A DNA stretch of 64,000 nucleotides, taken from positions 30,196,001 to 30,260,000 of the forward strand of contig CM052816.1 in NCBI GenBank assembly GCA_028534125.1. Direction: 5' to 3'. A program made the translations under genes and the position numbers. The DNA is from Lama glama (lineage: Eukaryota). Of the stretch, positions 51,601 to 63,900 are shown one piece after another. A model generated the notes under the pieces. It had not been told where the DNA came from. It worked only from the letters and a program-made list of their open reading frames with translations, and searched no databases. Each line of letters begins with the position of its first letter. The first letter of the stretch is position 1.

Positions 51601-53079
51601 AAGAAATGCTCATCAGTGAAGATATTCACATATATGCTAGAATGCACAGTGTTAGCAGGCATCTCTTTGCATAAAGTTTCTTCTTTGTGGTGTATCTCTG
51701 GAGTTGTATGAATAGCTCTCAGCATTATCCAAGGTGATCCATGGCCATATTTTTGCAACTCTATGATTCTGCTCAAGTTCTTTCAATTCTCTTCTACTCA
51801 GTTTCTTTGTGCACCTGAGACGAGACTGAAGGTGCAACTGGTTTGTGTCAGTCAGCATCACACAGTTTCTGGCACTGAAATCCTCATTTTAATTTGTTTT
51901 ACATGTGTATCGTTTCCTTTGAGTCAAACTAAGGAATCAAGAGCTTTCTTCACTGGTACAGGATCACATACGTTGAGTGCTGATTTGCTGATTTTAAAGT
52001 ACCTCTGCTGCTGGACTGAGGGCAGAATACTGACAGGTATTCACTTTGGCAGTTGACACTCATTCCAGGCTCACATTTTCATTATGTCGCATTCCATGCA
52101 TACATTGGCTTTTTAATTTTTACATTTCCCCGACTTGCTCCAGCAAGATGAACACTGGTTTATGACCTCCAGGCCTTAGGAAGAATTTCTTGGAATTTTA
52201 CCTAACCAGTTTTCCAGTCATATTTTAGAGACACTGACAATTACAGAAAAGTATGAATTAAGAAACATTTAAAGGGATCACCATGACCAGATTCTTGTAT
52301 TTCCAATGGTTTCTTTCAAGTTCTTATTTGTCTCTTGGTTCTTCACCACTCTGTTCCTAATAGTTTAGAATAGCTGGATTTAATGTGACAGCAGATATCC
52401 CCTAACAGATTTTTCAACACAGCAGTAATTCAGTTAGTGGGTGAGAGGGCTAATGCCGTCCCTGCAGCCTCTTCTGAGAATTTTCTAAGATAAATTTTCT
52501 CTAAAGTGTTAGGAAGTGTATTATTTTCATCTCCTTCTTGAAATGATTCTCCATACTCCCCACCTCCACAAATATTCTTGCTTTCCCTGAATCTTTCTCT
52601 CGTGATTTTGATCATTTGTATTCTTTTCTGCCATTTCCTGGTTTCTTGTCATCTAAATGACTCATGGGAAAATGAAACAAAGGCTTCCTCTCAATTTTAA
52701 ATCAATCCTAGAAGACTCTAAAATCCTCTGTAGGAGACTTGGCTCAGGGAACGCCGTCATGTTATGCTGTCATGCCCAGAGCCAGCTTGAACATGACCGG
52801 TAAAAGGAACATCCACCCTGAGTGAACAGCCAAGGCTGATGCAGACTCAATTACCTGGATCCTAACAGAGAACACAGCGAAAGCTGGGTTGCTCACTCTC
52901 ATGTTTATCATCAAGGTAGTGAGGGGAGGAGAGACCCATCCCACTCCTCTCTCAACTCAAAGAAGCAGTGGTAGATAAGATTGGGTACAGTTTCAGAGTA
53001 GCAATGTCTGTTAGCAGGCAGGGTGGCTGGTGTTACAGGGTTAGGTACTTAAACTTTGTCTTTTCCTTCTCTTCCATCA

Positions 53080-54250
53080 GAAAAACTGGAATAAGAGAGA
53101 GTCCGAGTGAAAGATGATTACACCCTAGATTGAGGCAGCATTAAGCGGGGCTGGATCAGTGTAAAGGAATCAGAAATATTTAGAGGTAAACACTGCCAAA
53201 ATAGGTAGAGAATAATGAGTTAAAGCAGGGTATATAGTGTAACTTGTGATTCTCTAACTCCAGAGGCAACTGCTGGTTAAGGCAATGCTGAAATAGTGAA
53301 TATAGGTTTGGGGCGAAAGAATGAGTTAGGTTACAGTATGTTGAGTTTGAAATATTCTGATACTACATCCAGGTCAAAGCACCCAGGAGGAAGCATAATA
53401 TATATAGGATTAAGTCTCAGAAAGAAGCTCATAGTAGGATGTATAGTATATGAATTCCCAGAAAAGAGCAAGAAATTGAGGCCATGCCCAGGATATATAG
53501 GGAGAACGTTGCATTCTGAGGAACACTGACATTGAAGGAGTAAGAGAAAAAGGAACCTGTAGGGAAACTAAGAAATAGCCAGTGAGATTAAAACTAATCA
53601 GAATACTATCCTACATGTCAAGGAAAATACCTGACGTTGAAGACAGTGGCTCGAGCAACAAGTAAATGAACAAAGGAATGAAAGTAATTGGAGGCTTAGA
53701 CAAGAGACACTTCAGAAGTGAAGGCAGAAGTATAACACCAGGGAGTGTGAAGAGCAGGTACAAAAATGTAGTTTTATTATTATGAGAGAGAGCAAGAGAA
53801 CTTTCTAGAATGTCAACACAACTAAGAGAGATTCTGCTTATTTAGTTGATGTTGTGTTTCATTTGTAATCTTTTTTGGTGAAAGGAGCTTGCGCCTGCTT
53901 ACAGATCATGGGGGTGGGAGAGAGAAAGGAGACAGCAGAAAGAGAAAGCATGAAGTTACAGGAGATGGAAATAGTGACCAAGAGTAGGTTGCAGAGGGTG
54001 TGGGTCTGAGCAGAGGCCAAATAATTGATCCTGAAGTGTAGAAGTCCCTGGCAAGGAGGAGGTTTGTGGATGAAGACATAAGGACTTGTGTAAGTGCCAG
54101 AGAAAGAATCTGGGGCCTCAGTTTCTTAAGTAGAGTGTTTTCTGCTATAGTAGGCTTGAGGAGATTAATGAAGGGTAGGAACAACCATAGTAAGAAATGG
54201 CAGAAATTGCTGAATGGGGCCATCTAAAAAGGATGGTGAGGAGTGGTACC
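53080..54250 (-). mobile_element. LINE-2 body fragments, antisense
   Basis: Purine-rich L2-like text: aagaatgagttaggttacagtatgttgagtttgaaatattc...ctgaggaacactgacattgaagg...agccagtgagat. Confidence 0.6.
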
Positions 54251-56117
54251 AGCATTTTTCTTGTTTAGTATGAAAATCCAGGAAGGCGGTCAGGAGAGAA
54301 ACTAGGCCCTCAGGAGCCCATTGGGGTTGAGGAGCAGCTGCAGGGAGAAGTGCTCAGATCGTTGGCTTGCATAGGCCAGGAGCTCCCAGTCACCTGGTTG
54401 ACAGAATCCTGAATCTCCCTGTACGAGATGGAGATCAATTCTGGGAGTCTGTTTGGGAGGGTGATTTCCTGCTGAGTTGAAGCTGTCTTGAGCCTTGAGT
54501 GCAGTTGGGAAACTTTGTGCATACTAAAGACGGCCTTCAATGAAGGAGGAAATGGGAAAACCATTTATATCAACAAATTGGTAACATCGACCTCTAACAT
54601 ACCCATTAACTAATTAGACACAATTTCAATGCAAGGGATTTGTCTTAATGGCGTTGCTCACTTGGAACGGATGAAAAGTGCTTTTATTCTGTTTGCTTGT
54701 AACTTGAGCGCGTTGCCTTCACGCTGGGTGCTCAGCCACATCTTTGTGGTTCACTCATCTGTGGCTGAATTTAATGAGACCTGCATCTTGCTGTGAAGTC
54801 GGTTGTGGGAATTATTGTAATGATTATTAAATTGTTTTCCCAAGTTCTTTTAATCTCTGAAATGTTGGATTTCCCAAATCCCAAATCATCTAGTAAAATG
54901 AACAGACTGCGAAAGTGGCAGAGCTCCCCAACCTTTGCCTAGTGCATTTTTTCTCTCCCGTCTCCTTAATATTTACCCACCTCCATTATGGAGATTAAAA
55001 AGCAGCAGTAACCCACATCATGAGGTCCTTGCTGTTGGGAGATCTGAGTTTGAAAGTTGAGAAAGAGAACGAACACAAAACAAGAAGTTTGTCAAGGCAA
55101 AATATTATGCCTGTGGTGAGATGAAGTATAAAGCCAACAGTTTTGTCATTTTGAAATTCATGTATAAGAAACATATATTTTTTGCTAAACTCTGATATTA
55201 TTTATTTATGAATACTTTATTGACAGATTTTGAGTTGTTTAAAAGACATTTGGGAAACTTATTCATGGCCTGTCAGTTACAGCCAAGGCAACCATACGCA
55301 CAGTTGGTCCAGCAGAGTCCCCAGTTAAAATATGTTGTCTCAGATGTAATAAGTGGCAGTGTCCTCCTTTCACTTTGGTTTAAAAGGTGATCTTTATATT
55401 CATCTTACGTAGGTGTAGAAAGTGTGCATTATATTTGGCGTAGGATAGAAAGTGACAAAATAAATCCTACTTGTGAATTAGGGTAGTCCGTTAGCTTCAT
55501 TTTCCTTAAAGGGCATGTTGTAAAGTGACCCCTGATACAAACCCTTGCTCTCTTAGAAGTGGTAAGAATGCCTGCATTTATGTGACTTCTCTAAGTACAG
55601 AAAAATGTGAACGCCACTACAGGTGTATCATCACAACTCATTGCCGTATTTATAGTTTACTACAAATTTAATAGCTTGAGAACATTGTAAAAAGCAGATC
55701 TTGAAAATGTACATATTTCCTTCCATAAGTAATGCTAAGTGAGAAATGATTCATTTCTACCTGTAAAGTTCAGAAAAATAAATGTTTGATGGTGCAGTCA
55801 CCTTTGAAAAATAGGCTACTTATGAGAAACTCATTAGATTCCTTAATCACTTTTACTTAGAGAATGTTGAAATTGCTTCTGAAGTCATCAGTGTGTACTA
55901 CCAAACTCAGGAGGAACATGGAGTGTCAATATGAAGTCAAAGTGCAGTTCAGCTGTAGCACTAGGTACATAACTGAATAATTCTTTCCTCGCTTTCAAGA
56001 ACTTCAGTCTGTCAATTCTGAAGTATTCGAGGAGAAAATTGTATTATTTTAAGACATTTGTCAGTTATAATTCTGACAGTTTGTGGTAGATGTTAAGATG
56101 GAAAACACATGAGATTT

Positions 56118-56368
56118 GTACAATGAGATGTTTTGAGAGAGACAGAGACCGCATTCACATAACTTTTATTAGTATATTGCTATGATTGTTTTATTTTATT
56201 ATTAGTTATTTAATCTCTTACTGTACTTAATTTATAAGTTAAACTTTATCTCATGTATGTATGTATGTATAGAAAAAAGCAGTATACACAGGGTTCAGTT
56301 TTATCTGTGGTTTTAGTCATCTACTGGGGGTCTTGGAACGTATTCCCACTGAATTAGGGGAGACACTG
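56118..56368 (+). mobile_element. MER44 (Tigger7-derived) DNA transposon, 3' part
   Basis: gagaccgcattcacataacttttatt...aatctcttactgtacttaatttataagttaaactttatc...catctactgggggtcttggaacgtattccc...ggggagacactg followed by TA. This closely follows the recalled MER44A consensus. Confidence 0.88.
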
Positions 56369-56512
56369 TAGGTATTTATATATGTATTTTTTCTTTTATC
56401 CTGTCAAACCTCTAACTCTGATATGTTCTGGAGGTGGGAAATCACAGATGCTGTTAAAATTTATTTTATTATCTCTTAGCATGTCTACATAGGAGGGCTT
56501 TTCATTATAGAA

Positions 56513-56857
56513 AAGAGATTAGCAAACTTCAGCTTGCTGGCCAAAGATAGCTTGCTACCTATTTTTGTGTGACTTCTGTGCTAAGAGTGATTTTTACACA
56601 TTCAAACAGCTGAAGAGAAAAATCAAAAGAAGAAAATATTTTGCAATACATAAAAATGGTATGAAATGCAAATCTCCATGTCCATAAGATTTCATTGGAA
56701 TTCAGCCACGCCCATTCATTTGCATGTTATCACCATACATTGTATGGAGGCTGCTTTTCCCACACAGTGGCACAGCTGGGTGATTAAAATGTGGTGGACT
56801 GCGAAGCTTCAAGTATTTACTATTTAGCCCTTTTCAGAAAATGGACTGATCCCAGCT
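56513..56857 (+). mobile_element. MER58B-like hAT-Charlie DNA transposon
   Basis: tagcaaact...ggccaaa...gctaagagtgatttttacaca...aaaatcaaaagaagaaaata...cattggaattcagccacgcccattcatttg...gtatttactatttagcccttttcagaaaa. Confidence 0.85.
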
Positions 56858-57849
56858 AGAGAATGTGGTGTACTTGGCATCTTTCATGTTGTTCTTGGCT
56901 ATTAGGGGTTTGGTTGAAATTGAGAGAGTATAATTTCCGTTTTTAGCGTCTTGTTACACTGCATATGGAAACTGTCAAAATATTATTACTCTTTTAATTT
57001 ATGATTCTTGAATCCATGTGGCATTTTTAATATGACTTGTTAGTTTACCGTTTTCCATCTAAATAGTGATTTTAAAGAGCACAGATAAGACTCGATGCTT
57101 TCTCGGCAGGGATATTTAGGGCTAGAGACTGTTACAACAGACCTCCAGAATCATTCGTGACATAAAACCTTTAACTTCTGTGACATTCCAAAGCTTACGC
57201 TCAAGGCGTAAGTTACTAGGAACCTCAGACCATTGGTGATGTGTTGCCAGAGTGTGGTGGGATGAGTACTCTGTGTATGTTTGCTTGGTTTCAAGGGTTT
57301 TATTTTCTTTTTAAAGTTTCAAAGGAGTCAAAATTTATGACCATGGTATTTCAGCAGTTTATATTGGAGCACGAGAGCTACCTAAAGAAACAGAAAAGAA
57401 ATCACGAAATGACAACAGATGAGAAGAAATTCTATTTTGGAGAGTCTTAAGTATGACGTGGGTAAAAATTACCAGCAGCCCTGTGACCACGGACTTCCAC
57501 AAAATAATATGAATGTTTCTAGAATTTGAAGTTTGGCACAACTGACTGTTAACTATCATGTGAAAACTCTTTGAGATTTAGGCAAAAGATAGAAATGTAA
57601 GCCTGCTCCGACCCCCTGGACTCTACTTGATGGTTTCAGAGGATATCCTTCATTTTGCATTCTTTGTTCATTTGCTCAGAAGATGTCATTAGGATGGAGA
57701 CACATTTGCCACTTTTGTTCTTGCCTGTTGAAGTCTTACCTGGCCGTCAAGACCCAACTCAGTTTTATCCCTGCAATTAATGTGGCATTAATTGCATCTT
57801 TTTTTCCCTCATAGCACTTTATTATTGCTTCCAGTGTTTTAAAGTCATA

Positions 57850-57990
57850 TTTTAACTTGCTAGACAGTTATTTTCCTTTGCCTCTGCATCTCTTTATCTT
57901 GTTTCTGAGGGCAGGGACCATGTCTTGAATGTTTTGCCTTCACCACATTGCTGTTACTTCTAGGCTTCATAAAGCCAGTTATTCAAAAAA
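57850..57990 (+). mobile_element. LINE-2 3' fragment
   Basis: tttctgagggcagggaccatgtcttg is a typical L2 3' motif. Confidence 0.5.
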
Positions 57991-60900
57991 AAAAAAAAAG
58001 GCAGATTTTTGAGCTCAATCAGCTTATTTACATCTAATAAATTTTTTAAGCTTAAGTCAGAAAAGTGAGTTTATGTATCTCTTTCTATGCAAAATTATAG
58101 TATTCTGTTTCCCACTTAAGTCCAGAAAACTCAGTTTTGCACTGTGCATTTAGCTTTTGTGTACTTACTGTGTGATGAGAGCCTTACTCCCTTATTGATG
58201 CTCTCTGTCTACTTCTACCTTTGTAACATATAATCGGAGGGAGAGTCTTGAAAAGTTTGCAGGATAAAAGAGTCTCATGTGTGCTTCTGTGTGAGTTGAA
58301 GTGAGGCAGAAAGTCCAGAGTCCAGAAGGTCATTAACATAGATCCGAATAGACAAGCACGCGGAGTGCTGTCGGATGACGTGGGCTTTCTATAGACAGCG
58401 GTCGTTCTCCTTTCCTCGGAGTTAGAGTTGTTGATGGGCTTGGCTTCGCCACTTATGCTTTGCTAGAATACTCCTCTGCAAGACGTGGGGAAACTTCCTT
58501 TCCAGAGTTCGTCCAAGTATTAGCTACATGTAATTTTGCTTTCGGTAGTTTTAGGCCCAGCGTCCAGCATAAAAGAAGTAACGTATGGGGCTATGTAGAT
58601 GGTAGTTGAGTCCCGCTTCACAAGTCCTTACGCTCTGGCTTGGTTTTGCTTGTCATCTTTATTCCAAAAAAGTGCTTCTGTTTACATGACACTGTATTGT
58701 TATATAAAGATACTGGCTCTAAAAAATTAAGAGAATTTTTTTGAAGACTCGTGATGGCATTTCTGACTATGCATTTAAGTAATATTTTGTTGCCTGGTTT
58801 AACACCAGTTGAATAAGTAAAATGACCACATAATGGAGAAATAATAGGTTGTGGAATTCATGATGTTTGTTCAAAATCTGTCTACTGGTATCTATTCATA
58901 TCAAATTACTGACATTTCTTCATCGTAGGCATTTTACAAGCTGAAAATGAAAAAAAAACAGATAAAAAGCATTATTATCTTCTTTCATTTATTTCACATT
59001 GAATATGGTCAGTACGCGGAGTTATTTTGGAGTTTCTCCATCTGATTTCCCCAAGAATAGTCAGATGACTTAATACAGATACTCCCAAGATATTATTAGT
59101 CCCTGGTTTTGAATTTTGCTTTCAACATTGTTCTCTAGACATCATTTAATTTTCCTGCCTTAATTTTTCCATTTTCTAATGCTAGGACTATGAGTGTTTT
59201 ATGAGAGTATATGATAGAAGTTCACCATATTTTGTTGAAAATACATTTGAATTTTTAAAATGAAAAGTATGAAGAATATGTTAAATAGGGCATCATTTTC
59301 TGTAATGACACATAACCTATTATCCTTGTCTCTTCCAGTGGATAAATCATTGCTATTTGTATCATCACCTGGAATGACACGTTTAGAGGAAAGTATGCAT
59401 TTTACCCAGCATCCAGGTTTATTCACATCATGGGGACAGTCTGGAAGTCCTGATACCCATATTGCTATGTATTAGTTTGTGTGTGGAAATTGCTTTTCAC
59501 AAACAATGGGATTTGGAGAAGGACCCATTTGCTACTCTCTCTGAAGGGATGCAGTGGGAGAGGGGGGCATCTTGCTGAAAAGTACAATTTCTTTATCATG
59601 ATGCAAAGATTTAAAGTAGAAGGTAGAATGTGGATAAATAATAAGGTAAATATTTTATGGATGACTAGAATTTTTTTTCCCCCCTTCACATTCCACTTTT
59701 GTCCCTTGACCTTTCCTCACTTCAAATGTTACACATGAGAAGTCCTTTGTTTTAGGGAAACTTATTACTATATATAGAAAGATACCAAATTTTTGACTTT
59801 TATTGTCTAAAGCTGTGGTCCAGGTGACAGAAAAACTAGAAGACTGCAGTCAAGCAGAGAAGCCTTTCCTCTCAAAAGAGATTAAGAGCCTCTGGTTTCA
59901 GAAGGAAGAGGAAAGATGGAAAGGAACAGAAGAGTGAGACGCTGAGAAAGGTCTGTCAGGAGGAGTTGCTGGGGACAGGGGAGGCCTTCGCTCACGGCTG
60001 TCAGGGAGAGTTCTTCCTCTAGGCCCTGCTCTCCACAGGCACACTCAAAATGGATGCTACCTGGGAGAGGAAGAGAAATGGAAATGAAATGTGAACAAAC
60101 TGAGTTTACTCTCAAGAGTTTGAGTTCCAGCCTTAGGTTATATTTCACTCTTCCAGGTGCGATGGGACCTCCAATTAGAGAGGAAGTTCAGTTTTTAAAA
60201 ATTGAGGAAGTTAAATGTCTTGCACCTCTGATTGAGCTTCATACAATGTTAAGATTTCACGGCCAGGGTTGGTTTAAGGACAGACAGCAAGATCAGTTCT
60301 CAGTGTTGTGTTGCTTCTCCTGCCTTCTGTTTGAGTCACACCTTTCTCCTGACTTTCATCTTCTGGCTCAGTGAGCTGTCAGATTGAACTGACGAACTGA
60401 GCATGCGGCTTACACATGCCCATCATGCTACTTCCGCTCCATACAGTGTCCTTTTCCATAAACTCTGCTTTCTTGGTGAACCAAATTTGTCTGCCTTTCT
60501 TATCTATAATTCCCTTAGGGGACTGTGGGGTCATCTCACAAACCAATCAGATTGAACTTTCGTTTTCCTGTTTTGACAAACAGGAGGAATGTTTTCTCTG
60601 TAATAATAGCTCAGTAGGGTATGAACCTGAATTTGGGTTCAAGTATAAGCGTGTCAAAGTTCGCGGTGTGTGTGTGGAATGTAATTTGGAGGAAGAAAAT
60701 CTTCACAGTTGATTTTGATACAGAGCCCTACCACCCAGGGGCTGTAGCACACATCTTGCATCCTTAGTAAGTTATTTCTTGCTGCGGTATAAATGGTGAG
60801 CAGTTATATACTATGGAACAATTCCTTGAACATTTGTATTATAATAGGAGGTCTTGTTAAACACTGTGCAATTTGTGGGGGAAAAAAGTTGATTTTATTG

Positions 60901-61099
60901 TATAAAAATAGCATGCCTCTTTTCAACAAGAAGAACCCCAGATAAAGTTAACAGACTAGTGATCAGTTAAGACATGTGTAATATCCACAACTGGTGAAGA
61001 TATTCCTTTCAGTGTAACTTTAAAAAATGTTGTGTTCTTATTTGATACTTTAGTTGTATATCTTAAGACAATATATTATTATACATTTAAACTTAGATG

Positions 61100-61226
61100 G
61101 ATGTGTGTGTATTTATAAGTGTGTGTATATTATGTATGTTATTCATATAAATATATACAAGATATGCCCTATATACACACTGTGTTACATACTATATATA
61201 TACACTATATATAAATACAAACACAC
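61100..61226. repeat. Degenerate (TA)/(TG)/(CA) low-complexity tract
   Basis: gtgtgtgtatttataagtgtgtgtatattatgtatg...atatatatacactatatataaatacaaacacac. Confidence 0.7.
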
Positions 61227-62939
61227 TTGACAGGGAGATATATGTATCTCCAGGGCCTTTGCTTACTATTATTCTCTGACTTCTCCATTTTCATCCGTGG
61301 TAAGTTTCCATTTTCGATTCATTCATTCGTTATCTGGTTAGAGTCCTTTGTTTTCCTTAGATTCTTGAATATCCAGGATATTTTCCTTTTTCCTAGATAG
61401 GTGAGTGATATATTGACAAGTGTGAAACTCTTCTTGTGACTTACAGATGTATTTACACTCTTGTCTAGCTTCGTGGACTGCAGAATCCATGCAGAAGAAT
61501 AGTCTAAAACCAGTCTTTCAGCCCCATTTTGGTATGTTGGAGGTGAGGGATTTGGACATACGAAGACATATTAATAGAAGACTGATCTCAGATATTCCCG
61601 GGGCATGCACAGCTCTCATAATGCACAATTTTCCCCGGTGCTCAAGCTTTAAGGTTCTATGCCAGGGGCTCCAAACCTGGCCTGAGGTAGACTTTTACAG
61701 AACCAAGGCATCCCTTTTACTCCAGCAGCCACTAAACCTAGGCCAGGAGGAGAGATAGGAATCATTAGTGGAGAGAAATAGGGCTGCTTTTGATGGCCAT
61801 TTTCCCAGAGTCCTCTGCTCTACCTCTTTACCAGCTCTTTCTTAAAATTTTAAAGAGCTCAAATTACTTTCCCTACAGATTGTCACTTTTGTCACTGCAA
61901 ACTTCTTTGTGGAGTTAATGCTGGTCCCTTGTTCAGTCAGTTCATCAGTAAGCAGAATCTAACCCAGACTCATACGCTTCTGCTGGAGTCTGTGGCTGCT
62001 TCTAACTTGGCTGTGAACATGCAGGTACAGCTGCCTATTTTCACACAAGCAAGGTAGTAAGTCTTGAGTGAACACTCCTCAAAGTAGAAAAATAATAGTC
62101 CACTGCGTGTAACAAGAAACTGGAGAGTGGCTCTAATAGGCCTCGAAAAGTAGTTTTACTCTGAATGAGCCCGATGCTGATGGAGCAGATAATAAACTCT
62201 CTTTAGGTGCAAGAGAAGGGCTCTTTTCCATCTGTCTGGTATTTCAGGACTAGTGAGGTCGCCAGGCACACGGAAGGGCACAGCGGGCCCGCTGCTGCAG
62301 TCCCACGGCTAGAACCCGGCTGGAGCCGCCCGTGCAAGTGTGCATGGCCGTCCACACAGGGCGAAGAGCCGCCGCGGGACTGACTGTCATCCTCAGTTTT
62401 ATCAGACTAAGATGGAATTGTGTGTGGATGTTTCCTCTTCCAAGGGAAATGATTTGGAAAAACTAAGTCAGGAAGATGACTTTGCAGATGTGCTCCTAAG
62501 AAAACTGAAAATGCTGACTCCCTGAAACACGGGGAGTCTGTGAGGAAGGAGACACCTTGTACCCATGGGACGCTCAAGTACCAAGTTGTATCGCCTCTCA
62601 CTTTAGCGCTGGGAAGCTCTGCTTTGTTGAGTGTATTGACTCCAGATGTTGTGACTTACCCAGTTCATTTAGGGGAGCTCAGAGTTCCTGCGCAATGGCT
62701 CAGCGGTTACATTCTGTGTGTAAGACACATGTCCCAGCACCATAACTAATGGCTACAACATGTGTATCTGAAACAGGGCTTCCATTCTATTCCCAAGTAG
62801 GTACCACTCAAGTTACTGAGGACTGACGTGTATAAACTCTCAGTAATTGAAAATTAGAGGTAGTACACAGAAGTATTTGAACCACACCACAGAAATATAA
62901 TTTGAATGTTTTCAGTGATGAATAATTCCATGTATTCTT

Positions 62940-63070
62940 CTTACTTAATTCTCCTACGGGGTAAGTACCCTTATTACCTGTCACTTGCCTAAGATTACCC
63001 AGCGGATGCCAGAACTGGGATTTAAGCCCAGGAATCTGATTCCAGAATCACTGCTTTTCGCTGCCCCATG
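62940..63070 (-). mobile_element. MIR fragment
   Basis: tcacttgcctaagattacccagcggatgccagaactgggatttaagcccaggaatctgattccagaatc. Confidence 0.75.
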
Positions 63071-63089
63071 AGCTTTGAAGCTTTCCTGT

Positions 63090-63205
63090 AAATACTCTGT
63101 CCCCTAGGTTTCTCAAACCTAAAATAAAGGTACATAAATTAAGTTTGGTAAAGCACAGAGCACATGGCACATATTGGGCATTCAAGACACAGCTATTGTT
63201 ATTAT
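63090..63205 (+). mobile_element. MIR fragment
   Basis: tactctgtcccctaggtttctcaaacctaaaataa...gtaaagcacagagcacatggcacatattgggcattcaa...agctattgttattatt. Confidence 0.65.
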
Positions 63206-63224
63206 TAAAACAATAGTAATAAGT

Positions 63225-63835
63225 ATATATTGTATACCAGATATGAAACGAGACATCTTATTTCATGATCTTACAACCTAGGGAATGGTAGATATTAAAT
63301 TAAAAATTATCGGAGTGATGTGTGCTACCAAGAAGAAGTATAAGATACCTTGGGAAAATATGATGAGGCCTTAATGAAATCTTTTAAGTCAGGGAAAGCT
63401 TCCCTCTGGCAGTGACATTTATGTTGTTCTTTGAAAGGTAAATTTAGCATTAGAATTACCAGACTGGAAAGGACCTGGGAGAAGGGGAATATAAAAAAGT
63501 CTGGACTTAGTCCAGGACTGGAAGATGTAGGCCCTTCCAGTCCATGTAAAGGTTTTGGGTCTATCCCACGAGCAGCTGAAGGTAGTTAAAGGATTTCAGC
63601 AGGAGAGTGTTATGATCAGATGCGGATTTAAAGATCACTCTAAATGCTGTGTAAAGAATGGATTAGAGCTAGACAAGACTGGATATGTAGAGATGAATTA
63701 GAAGGCTGTTTCTGCAGCCCCTATGAGAGATTAATAGTGCTGTGAAGAAGGCTGATGGCACCAAGGAAGGAGATTGTTAACGGTGGATTCAAGAGCTATC
63801 TAGGACAAGGGAAGACAATGGATAGGTGAATTGAG
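63225..63835 (-). mobile_element. LINE-2 fragment
   Basis: agtcagggaaagcttccctctggcagtgacattt...ggatttcagcaggagagtgttatgatcagatgcggatttaaagatcactct...ttagaaggctg...gtggattcaagagctat. Confidence 0.75.
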
Positions 63836-63842
63836 CCCTTAA

Positions 63843-63900
63843 GTCTAGTCTGTCTGTCTGTCTGTCTGCCTTCCTTCCTTCCTCCCTTCCCTCCTTCCTT
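63843..63900. repeat. Compound (TCTG)n(CCTT)n microsatellite
   Basis: gtctagtctgtctgtctgtctgtctgccttccttccttcctcccttccctccttcctt. Confidence 0.9.

Noticed and set aside
57350..57456. Purine-rich exon-like stretch (QQFILEHESYLKKQKRNHE...)
   Set aside because: The acceptor is weak, all three frames contain stops, and I recognise no protein.
59882..60712. Adjacent ORFs of 88-106 aa
   Set aside because: They partly overlap MIR-like sequence and show no homology or convincing splice structure.
62955..62970. Donor-like GGG|GTAAGT
   Set aside because: It lies inside an antisense MIR where a similar word is part of the repeat, and there is no matching acceptor.
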